Source: Syncephalis fuscata S228
Taxonomy: Eukaryota > Fungi > Zoopagomycota
Direction: 5' to 3'
NCBI GenBank assembly: GCA_025786725.1
Contig: JAHLTZ010000007.1
Location: 620,001-684,000, forward strand
Length of the DNA stretch: 64,000 nt
Part shown: piece after piece, positions 53,710 through 64,000 of the stretch
Numbering within the stretch: the first letter of the stretch is position 1
Layout: each line of letters begins with the position of its first letter
Notes under the pieces: generated by a model
Database searches by the model: none
Told to the model about the DNA's origin: nothing
Seen by the model: the letters and a program-made list of their open reading frames with translations, nothing else
Made by a program: the position numbers and the translations under genes

Positions 53710-55245
53710 CTACAAGTTTAAAAAATCCGTTTCATCCTCTTCAAATTGCGAAACTAAGCGTTGGCTGGCCTCTTTACTGAAATAGGGGCGTAATACTTCA
53801 GCGTCAAGATAGTCCAGAGTGATTCGCATCTGCGTGCCCACATGCCAGGTTAATAATGTATCCATAAAACTATGAAACAATAGTTATAACTTACATGTTC
53901 GCCTGGCGCCTCCTTAAACACCAGTCGACCAGTGGTATCAAGTTCACGAAGACCAATCCAATCCTGCCAACATGTTACAACAGCGTATAATGTATGCTGA
54001 GTATCCACTTACTTGTGTATAAATAGGCAGTTGCTGAACAGGTAAAGTCACATTACCATTAGCATCGTAGAAACCAAATGACTAGTAGCCAATATTACTT
54101 ATTTATTTATTCATTCGTTTGTTTGTTTAAATGCCACTTACTGCCGTTTCTTTAGGTATAATCATGGTATCCTCAGAGAAGCTTATTAACACCAGTCGCT
54201 CCAATTGCTTTAGATTTTTACTATAAGTTTCATTCTTTTGCTAAACATTAAATTTACAATTAAATTAATTATCATTTATACTGATTTCACATAATGTATT
54301 ACCTTGTGCTCATTATTAATATTGGGAAGAAAAACATTATACTTCAAGTAATCTTCAAGTTTACTCAGCAACTAATTAACAAACCATTAGACTACTAGCA
54401 TATTTAGTCAATAGCACGTACCTTAAAGTATTGAGCCTGAATCGAATGAGTCTGCGCCCATGATCCATAGACTTGTCCATTAACAATACTGCGCATAATA
54501 CTGCACCATATTGACCACTTGCCCGTACAACCAGGCACCTCAGTTACACCTATCCATATGACAACTATTAAATAGCTATACACAGCTATTGGCCTAATAA
54601 CATACCCATGTGTGGTGAACCAAACGTCACTAAATTATACACGGGTGGATCGTTGCATCGTTCTACATAACCACGCATAAATAGACCGCCTTGTGAGAAT
54701 CCAATAGCATTGAATCCGTTACGCAATTCGGGTATTTCCTTTAACTTGCGACAAACATCATCAATCTATCATAACTAAATAAATAAAATAAAAATAATAC
54801 ACTATAGCCTAATTACTTGATCATTAATGATGCCAAAGTAAGATGCTTTACGGTCACTATCTCGATCATCGGCTGTACTGATAGAATGTACAAATACACC
54901 CGGTAAACGAGACTCAATAAACTTGGTTACAGCCCCCATACTATATTAACATCCCTGTTTAAATAACTATTAATGGATTCATTAATTGTAGCTTACCTAT
55001 CTGGATTACAGCAGTCATCTCCCATACCATGCCATAATACCACTTTAGAATAAAATAATATATTAATTGGACTATTCGTTTAAATAGTATTTACTTACCC
55101 GGACGATATTGAGTGGATCAGCCAAGACTATCACGTCATTAGATGTCAGTAAGTATAGCTTAATAGTATATATATATGTATACTTGCCACTAGATAAACC
55201 AGTGAGACCAACTGTCACAAGAGACAGACTAAGAAAAGAATACAT
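53710..55245 (-). CDS. PPT1: Palmitoyl-protein thioesterase 1, many short exons
   Basis: VVLWHGMGDDCCNP, FNAIGFSQGGLFMRGYVERCNDPPV, LVTFGSPH, FSEDTMIIPKET, WIGLRELD, GEHM; signal peptide exon with a GC donor at 55187. Confidence 0.92.
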
Positions 55246-55742
55246 AGCTTATTGTAGACGACAAATACTAGACGAGTGGTTATTGATGAGTAAGTGGATA
55301 CAGAATAGAGATGTAACCAAGTGCTACACTATTGATTCTATTATTACTAACAATAATAATAGCAATAACAACGCACCATTAGTATTAATGCATCAAAACT
55401 TAGCCATTATTTTAACATATAATACTACAGTAATAAATCGACTCTTTATTAATTGAATTCATCTTTATTTATAATCTAATCGATGGTAGAAACGACTACG
55501 ACAGTGATTGCACTGTATCATATAACCAGTTTCATTGACTGATAATGGCAAAACTGCCATCAACAATGTTAAACTGATGATCAACGAAAAAGATTGATTA
55601 ATACGTTCCACATTTGTCCTGACTATCATTAACGATACGTGGTTGTCGTCCTCGTTATCTTCTTTATTTGGTCTTCTCTCCAGTAGTCGTTATTGGTGTG
55701 GATATATAAGATATATAGGATATATATATAGGTTATTGCAAC

Positions 55743-57385
55743 ATGACTGACGTTCACGCCAAATACCAAAGCCCGCTTACCTCGCGCTATGCGTCAGAGG
55801 CTATGGCCTATAACTTCTCGGATAACAAAAAGTTCTCGACCTGGCGTCAATTATGGTTAAATTTGGCCACCGCCGAGAAAGAACTTGGTTTAGATCAAAT
55901 TACCGACGAGGCTCTTAACGAGATGCGTGCCAATCTAGTAAGCTATTAAATAGTACTATAAAGTGGTAACTAATCATAGTAACCTATACAATACTAGACA
56001 AATATCGATTATACAATGGCAGCTGAAGAAGAGCGTCGTCGTCGACATGATGTCATGGCCCATGTACATACATTTGGCGTGGCATGTCCCACTGCCGCAC
56101 CTATTATCCATTTAGGTGCCACCAGCTGTTTTGTTACCGATAATGCTGATTTGATTGCTTTACGCGATGGCCTTGATATTCTATTGGGCCGTCTCGTTAT
56201 TGTCATTGATAGTTTGGCGCAATTTGCTACAAAACATCGGGCATTGCCTACACTAGGCTTTACCCACTTCCAGCCGGCCCAGCTCACGACTGTTGGTAAA
56301 CGGGCCTCGTTATGGCTACAAGAGTTGTTATGGGATCTGCGTAATATACAGCGAGCCCGCAACGATCTTTGCTTCCGTGGTGTTAAGGGCACGACCGGTA
56401 CTCAAGCATCATTTCTAGCGCTATTCCACGGCGACCATGCCAAAGTAACCGATCTTGATCGACGAGTAACTGAGCTATCTGGCTTTAGCGCCCCCTATGC
56501 TGTGACTGGTCAAACCTATTCACGTAAGGTGGATGTTGATGTTATCCAGTCACTAGCATCATTGGGTACAACAGCCCACAAGATTGCTACCGATATTCGC
56601 CTACTAGCCAATCTTAAAGAGATGGAAGAGCCATTTGAAAAGGATCAGATTGGCAGTTCGGCCATGGCTTATAAACGTAATCCTATGCGTTGTGAGCGTG
56701 TTTGTGCTCTAGCCCGCCACTTGCAAACACTCGTTTTTAACACGATGTCAACAGCCAGTACACAATGGCTTGAACGAACACTGATGACAGGTAACAATAC
56801 AAATACAACAATACTAATATATAATAGTAGCAATACTAATAGCGTACTTTATTTAATAGTGCCAATCGCCGTATTACTCTACCAGAAGCCTTCCTACAGC
56901 AGATATTATCCTATTGGTATTGCAAAACATCACCGATGGTCTAGTTATCTATCCAAAGGTCATTGGTCGCCGTATTGCTCAAGAATTGCCGTTCATGGCT
57001 ACCGAAAATATCATTATGGCCATGGTTGGAAAGGGCGGCGATCGCCAAATCTGCCATGAACGTATTCGTGTACTTAGCCATGAAGCAGCCAAGGAAGTTA
57101 AAATGGAAGGCCGTGAAAATGATTTAATTGATCGTGTTCGACAAGATGATTACTTTGCACCCATCCACGCCGAAGTAAGTAGATTAATTAATTAGCATTG
57201 TTACAGTTTATTAATATTGTTACAATTGTGTTTATTAATAGTTGGATTCACTGTTGGACCCTTCAACATTTATTGGTCGTGCCCCTGAACAAGTGGATGA
57301 ATTTATTCGTAATCACGTGCAACCAGCCTTGAATCCATATGCGTCAACCATTAGTGCGAAACAAGCAGCACAGCTTAATGTCTAG
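55743..57385 (+). CDS. ADE13: Adenylosuccinate lyase, 4 exons, two apparent -1 frameshifts
   Basis: [97 protein letters not shown]. Confidence 0.97.
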
Positions 57386-58431
57386 TGCATTACTTGTCAT
57401 GAATAATAAGTCTCCTGTTGGATCTACTTGTTTAAAACACATTAATTGAATAAATCATGTTCAATGGAATCAATAGATAGATATACATATTACGGTTCAG
57501 ATAACTATAACTATAATAGCACCAAGCCATTCGGTATTATAATTTTACATTGACCATCTACTACTTTTAATGACGGTAATAGTCCATGATTCAATACCCA
57601 TTGAGGTATTAATCTAAAAATGCTTTTTACATCCATATAGATAGACACTCATATAAACATGCCATATTTATCGATCATGTATTATGTTTATTGCTATGTT
57701 ACTGGGACAGCTTTTCACAGTCAATAGTTATTTATTCTATTACTTTTCTCTCTCTCTTTCGCTTTTACTAGTCGCCTATTCTCCTTTTTCTTTTATTATT
57801 ATTATTATTATTGCTATAGCTGCTCTATCCCAGTCATATTGAAACCTTTCGGGGATTGTCTTTGTTTCCGCTCTTGTTCCACTGACTACCTTTGCGTCGT
57901 ATGTGTAAGGCGCTCTCTACTTGTTCATCTACTTTTATCGTATACTACTAACAGCGAGTTGCTCGTCCCTACCTTACGTATTCTACTATCTTTTTTGACT
58001 GTGCCATCTGTCCTGCCTATACCGACCAGTTTTCGTTATTGTCAGCTGACTGAAGAGCGGACATTTCTGCTTCATAGTCTGTAAGGCTGGTCGTATCCCC
58101 TACGCATTGTTGTAGTGGACCACCCCTCCTTTTTCTAAAGCAAAGCTTCGGTTGAATTTTGCAGCTTTTTTTATATTATACACAAGATATACACGGCAAC
58201 TATTACGCCCAGTTTTGTTGTGGGGCCTTAAGATTCCCCTTCATCATCTTTATATACAGCTCTATTGGCCGCTCTATTGATTGATATACCACAGATACCT
58301 ACTTTAACTATCTACGGTTAAACACTTGTACACTTGTTCTTTCATTGGATTATCGGCAATTATTTGTTTTTTTGTTTGTGAAGTCGTCCTTTCTTTAGTT
58401 TAACTACCAAACTACTACTACGAATTTGTTC

Positions 58432-59762
58432 ATGTCTGACTTGAGTTCAGTTAGCCCGGCTGCGTTTACCAGCGGGTACTCAGATATTAAACTACAGCCT
58501 TATAGCGATTATTCTTCTCAATACTCGCCCACCTCTAACGGTAACGGAATGCCACCTGCTCCACTACCTGAAGATAATGGCGGCAATGGCGGCGAGTTCG
58601 ATCTATCCGACGAACAAGCCGAGCAGCTATTGCGTGAATTAGATTTATTGGGTGCACAACTGCAGATAATGGATCATGAAACACGTATGCTAGGCACAAA
58701 AACTGGCAACAATGCAACACGGAGTTCATTGAGCAACAATGCTAGTGCGCAATTTGGACGCGGCAATGCCGTAACACCCTATCGTATGCAATTGACAGAG
58801 AATCCATCCGATGAACAACGTAATTGGGAAACGCAAAGCTCATTAGATATAGGCAGTCCCGATGAAGAAGTTGGGGAGGGTGCGAATGGCCGGTCACAGT
58901 CGGCTGGTCGGTCTACACGTAAACAACGTGCCTTATTTGTTCCAAGGAAGCCCACGACAGCGAAGCACTTATGGCAGTTGATGTATCAAGTCTACCGGTA
59001 AATCCATCTGAATTGGAACCGCTTGAACTGGCACCTGAGCCTAGTAGCTCTCTTTCACCAAAGAATTGGGTCAATTCATTTTCTCGTTTGTTAAATCGTA
59101 GTAATAGCATTAGTGGTCATCACATTTACCTGACTTTTCTGCACCACCGGGTGTACTTGAACGATCGCGTACAGCAGGTGCCCGACCTCGTCCACGTTCA
59201 TTAATGATGTTTGGTACTGGTTCTCGTCGACAAACTCTATTTTTTCATCACCAGTTGATCAACAGCCGACTCGTGTTGACATTGCTACACTTACTAGCAT
59301 GAATCACCTGCTACCTCGCCTTTGTCGTCTAGTCCAGAACCAGCACCTAAACCACGTCGTAATCGGCCTTATTCTATGAGTTTCTTTTCTCGTTCCAATA
59401 CGGTGGAGAAAGCAGCATCACTAGATATGAATGGTGCCGGTAATAAATCGGCAGAGGGACATGACGTAGAATCGGATACGCTACTTCAGCAGATTAATGC
59501 ACTTAATCAAGAGCTTAATGCTAATCCAAAATCGGTACGATTACAAAATGATTCAGTTCAAGCGGGTACTGCCGCTTTATTCTCACTTGCTCGTCGTCGT
59601 ATACAATCACGTAATGCCTTCAGTACCAATGACACCAATAGTAATCACGGCGAGATTGCCGAAGAAGAGGAAGACGATGAGATACAAGGCGTGACACTGA
59701 ATGCCGGTGGTGCCGTCAATTATGCTCGACGTGTATCCACTTCCGTCTATTCCTTTGCCTAA
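58432..59762 (+). CDS. Hypothetical low-complexity Ser-rich protein, split across frames
   Basis: Consecutive GC-richer ORFs 58426-59001, 58971-59204 and 59322-59762 with no clear introns, consistent with one gene broken by single-base deletions. Confidence 0.55.
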
Positions 59763-60152
59763 GCTTTCTCGTCTATCTCTATGTTTGTGTGCGTGCGATT
59801 TTATTTGTGTCTTTGAATAAATGACTTTTACATTTAATAATAATTCGTAAAATGTAGAGTTTAATATGATTATTTATATTAGTTAGCTACTGAATTTTTT
59901 ATTTAATGAATTATATTAATAGCAGTAACATTAAAAAGCAGAATATGAATAAAGAATTTATGCAGTTATATATATATAGTGAGCAAAATAAACAAATTAA
60001 ATTAAGCTTTACAATGAATACTTTTAGCAACAAACAAAGAATAGGTTTGAATATAGTAATGTTTTTATACGACATAACAATCCAAGTATACAATATTGGT
60101 AATATAAATAGTAGAAAATATATGCATACTAGATAATAAATTTACAATAGCA

Positions 60153-60282
60153 AGTATTTGATGATTGATGTTATTTACCATCCATTATCATGTTCATTAA
60201 ACGAACGTGTAACTCAATTGTGCGAATAATATTAGATATAGTCATTTAACACTAAATGATACTAAATTATTAATAAATTGTT
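60153..60282 (+). repeat. Direct repeat, left copy (~130 bp)
   Basis: Aligns with 62665-62794 (63/75 identical over the first 75 nt). Confidence 0.75.
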
Positions 60283-61114
60283 GCTTAATGTCAAGTGACA
60301 CACAACATAACATGGTGTAGAAATAACTTGCTTAGATATTCACAAAATAATATTTGTGAAACTAACATTGCTTTATTAAAAGACAAATAATCATCTGCAT
60401 GTTATATGATCGTATATGGCCTACATATTTTGAATGTAGAAATCCACATCGTTTAAGAACAGTGTGTGATCGTACTTTTAATTTAATCTATGACGATTAT
60501 CGTAATTTACACGCTTGAAAAGTCAAAAATGAATAGCAAAAGTACGCGTTTACTAGTGAAGTAACAATAATAGAAATAAAGAATGCAATTAATTAGATAA
60601 AATATGGATAGTATTGTTGAAATGGATAACATATGTGTAGCTATATCTAATGAAACTAAATGTAATGTTTTATTATAATTAAATAGATAAATAACGTTAC
60701 AGCCATTGACATTTTATTGTTAACGTGCTTACATTTTGTCTTTTGTTTGTGTAGTTATAAAACATCCATGCTTTTTATATGATAAACAGTATACGACACT
60801 TTATAAACTACACTCTTACATATTGTTTATTCAAAATAATGATTTTTATCTAATATGCTAATTGATATAGGTTAGGCACCGATTTGAGCCATATTATCGT
60901 AGTCCCATAAATGGCATCAATTATTTTGTATTTAGAATTTCTTTTATATTTAGAAAAGCCACTTGTTATTTTTAGCTGATATTACGAAAATGGACAATTT
61001 ATTCAAGCGGCGACCATATTGGAAACCGCTAAATAGCACTTTGTTTTCATGCTAGTCTTTCATATCTTTTTACTTCTAGAACCTCCTTCTTTTCGTTTTT
61101 TTAGAACCTTTAAC

Positions 61115-62403
61115 ATGTTATTTTCAAGGCATCATTTAGCAGCGCTTTTGATTTGCGCCTATACGTTTACTTCGCTTCCAACCTTATCCATTGCAAATCC
61201 ACTAAAAGCAACTGTTTCTCACGGTAAGTAGCCAGTAGATTTACATTAGCAGCCAACCAATCAAATATATAGTTGGCACAACAAAGAAAACCTTTCTAGG
61301 CGAACCTATTGGAAATTTTAATGCCCTCGGCCAAAAACTTCTTAAAATTGATAAAGTACTATCGCCAGATGGACCTATACAAATAGCAATATCAACATTT
61401 ACTGCCGAAAAGACTAAAGAGCCTACAAAGACGCTTACTAAATGTATTCGTTACGTGGATGATAATGGACAAAACATTCCATTAACTCTTAAATTAATAA
61501 AAAATGAAAGGACTGCGTATGCTGTAAGTATACAATAGCCATAATGTGTAATTGATGTTTATTAACAATGATTACTACAGTATTTGGATAAAGCAGACAT
61601 GAAGTTAAAAGGTGCAGCAGCAGATGGAAAACATTTGTCAGTTCGTAGACTCCACGAGTTTTCAATTGGAAAGAAGCATATCTGCTTTGTAATGACTTAT
61701 GCTGGTGACACTCCCCTAGGAGAATACACGGTTTTTATGCCACCCAAGGAAAAAGCAATAATACTACCACAAATATTAAGAGAAATATTAAGAGGTTAGT
61801 AGCACGCCGTCGATTTAATTCTAGCACACTCATCCGTTTACTTAGGCTTGGCTTACATGCATCGGGCTGGGCTCGCACATAACGATATTAAGCCTGATAG
61901 TAAGTTAAACGATGTGGTATTGATTATAAAAATAACAATGTTGTATTACAGACATTATGGTTTTTCAATTGCCTACGGGTGGATTTGGTCTTAAGATTAT
62001 TGACTATGATCTTGTAGTACCATTGAAAAAAAATATTTTTAGGAAACTAAAGTATATGACCAATAATTCTGGTTCGCTCGAATATATATCACCTGAAGCT
62101 GTAATGAAGATGCCATGCGATTTGCGTAAAAAAGATACCTGGGGAGCAGCAATGACTATTTACACTTTGCTATTCAATCGTTATCTATTTGAAGAAGAAA
62201 AAAGTAAATTTGCAAATAAGCTCATTGAACTAAGAAACCTTGGATGGGATTTATCGATAGAAATTCCCCTAACTTATAACGTGGATGCAGATACCAAAAT
62301 GGGTTTAGAATCGCTTGTCAGGACTCTTATACTTTTGCTAAAGCCTAAGTTTGAAGATCGTTATACACCTGAGAAGTTTTTAATGCAAAAGCGAGTTAAT
62401 TAG
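61115..62403 (+). CDS. Secreted atypical Ser/Thr protein kinase, 5 exons
   Basis: Signal peptide MLFSRHHLAALLICAYTFTSLPTLSIA; introns 61224-272, 61524-580, 61795-845, 61900-951; motifs TKC, NE, GLAYMHRAGLAHNDIKPDN, IIDYD, GSLEYISPE, DTWG, R of subdomain XI. Confidence 0.88.
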
Positions 62404-62664
62404 TCTAGCTGGCTACTGGTTTCACGGCTTCTAAAATGGCTAATTGCTAGTCTTGAAATTTGGCTATTAGACTTTTGACTATTATAAATAAACACTTGTC
62501 ATTTACTATCTAGTAACACTGAGTCAACATGCAATTAATTGGAATATATAACAATAAATGTGTATATTGTATCGTAGAATGATATACAGTAGTGTGGGAT
62601 AAAATGGGGATAATGCAAGTAAATGGTGGATATATACATATTGGATAATGAATCTATGATGATG

Positions 62665-62794
62665 AGTATTTGATGACTGATGTCACTCACCACCCATCAT
62701 CATGTTCAATAAAAGAATGTGCAGCTCAATTGCGCGAATGTTATTAAAAATAATCACTTGATTCCAAATTACATTAAATGGCTAGTAAATTGTT
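62665..62794 (+). repeat. Direct repeat, right copy (~130 bp)
   Basis: Aligns with 60153-60282. Confidence 0.75.
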
Positions 62795-63068
62795 TAATAA
62801 AATATATACAATAAATGCATCCCGTACACTAATATGTACATAATGACAGCAAATTGTTGCTGTAAAACCTTTTTTTATTTCATAAATATATTGCTAAATA
62901 AATAAAATAAGATGAATGTAAGCCGGCTACTTTGCTACAATTGTTCTTTACATTTACGTACACATGCACTAAAAATAAAATAAGAGAAATGCGACAAAAG
63001 GGCAGGTTTTTATATAATTTTGAACTGATATAGAACGCAAGATATAATACCATTGTTGTAATTAAAAA

Positions 63069-64000
63069 TTACTCCTCGTCTTCAAAGTCTTCATCTTCGT
63101 CATCATCTTCGATATCGGCCTCAAACTTTTCAAAGATGTGCTCGATAAACTCACGTTCGAGGATGTCATCAGCTTCGTAGAGTGTTTCCAAACCGGAACC
63201 GCCCTCCTTCCATTGATCCAACAAGGTAGAGCATTCGTCGGCACGCTTCAAGAAGAAGACCGACTGGGCAAGACGCAACAAAACAGCCGACTCATCACGC
63301 TCCTTTTCCAGCTTTAAAGCAGTACGATAGTTTTTCTCAGCTGAAGCCAACAATTCATTTTCGTTAGCCTTGCTTGATGGCAATGGGAGCTGGGAGCGAC
63401 CAAAGATAGCATCACCCAAATACACGTGAAGTGCCGAGTTTTCAGAGTCAACACTGACGGCGCGTTCAAATTGCTGAATAGCCTTTTCGTAATGAGGAAC
63501 AATATCGGGTTCGGCTGCGGCAATACGGGCATCAATTATGGCGGTGATCTTCTCCTCATCTTCTTCATCTTCTTCATCGTCCTCTTCATTTCCAATTGAA
63601 GCCTCAGCCAAACGACCATGAGCCAAGCTCAAATAGAGCTCAGCCAAATCAACGATGGCTTCAGTGCGCTTCTCATCGGCAGCAATGGCCTCCTCGAGTT
63701 TGGCAATGGCTGGCTCATAGAAGCTAGCATTAAGTTCGCCACTTTGGTCCTGGCGATAGCTGGCCTGTGCCTGCAAGACATTGGCCCACTCTTGAAGTAG
63801 CTCTGCACGACGACTGGCATCCAAATCCAAAGCACGTGCAATGCGGCCAACAGAATCTTCAAACTTCTTTTTGGCCTCCTCGCTTGTGCTTTCCATGCAA
63901 CCCAACGATGTGATGGATTGAACGACGGCAATGACAATGTCAATCAAGTGGCCGTTGGTGTAGGCCTCGCCCTTGGCATCAACGGCACCGGAAGCAATCT
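63069..64000 (-). CDS. Acidic TPR/helical-repeat protein, 5'-partial, paralog of the gene at 24234
   Basis: TPR-like units (YEKAIQQFERAVSVDSENSALHVYLGDA; AEKNYRTALKL); acidic tail; the gene runs off the window end. Confidence 0.75.
   Translation of the reverse strand, partial: IASGAVDAKGEAYTNGHLIDIVIAVVQSITSLGCMESTSEEAKKKFEDSVGRIARALDLDASRRAELLQEWANVLQAQASYRQDQSGELNASFYEPAIAKLEEAIAADEKRTEAIVDLAELYLSLAHGRLAEASIGNEEDDEEDEEDEEKITAIIDARIAAAEPDIVPHYEKAIQQFERAVSVDSENSALHVYLGDAIFGRSQLPLPSSKANENELLASAEKNYRTALKLEKERDESAVLLRLAQSVFFLKRADECSTLLDQWKEGGSGLETLYEADDILEREFIEHIFEKFEADIEDDDEDEDFEDEE

Noticed and set aside
55743-57385. ADE13, OSH, PPT1 and others as true pseudogenes
   Set aside because: Motifs are intact and the only lesions are single-base deletions, consistent with assembly error.
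1-64000. tRNA, rRNA, telomeric repeats or transposase/RT genes
   Set aside because: None recognised by eye; tRNAscan-SE, Infernal and a repeat-protein search would be needed to exclude them.

Overview
Eukaryotic nuclear DNA from an intron-rich fungus: short AT-rich GT/GC-AG introns and compact intergenic spacers. Gene content (secreted kinases, an orphan 7TM family, TRAIP- and YbeY-like genes) suggests an early-diverging lineage, possibly a Zoopagomycota mycoparasite; this is inference. Housekeeping genes: Rab-GAP TBC, MIC26/27, HIS5, OXA1, EAF7, TEL2, CYT1, YbeY, OSH1/2, a PPR protein, SNX41/ATG20, a sterol-desaturase-family gene, PPT1 and ADE13. They are interspersed with accessory secreted or duplicated genes. 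The most striking find is missing from the ORF track: at 37307-37957 a signal peptide/propeptide exon ending in a dibasic RR is followed by six consecutive 3-nt micro-exons, separated by five homologous ~80-bp introns. Spliced, it gives a 40-aa precursor whose predicted mature product is the two-Cys nonapeptide GCTAYCDKQ, about one residue per exon. Other highlights: a secreted kinase and a secreted pseudokinase with matching intron positions; a head-to-head 7TM pair whose second copy has two Trp-to-stop changes; tandem TRAIP-like RING genes; MITE-like repeats; frequent GC-AG introns. Many conserved genes carry single-base deletions in short runs, most likely assembly errors, so pseudogene calls need caution. 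All gene models were assembled by eye.
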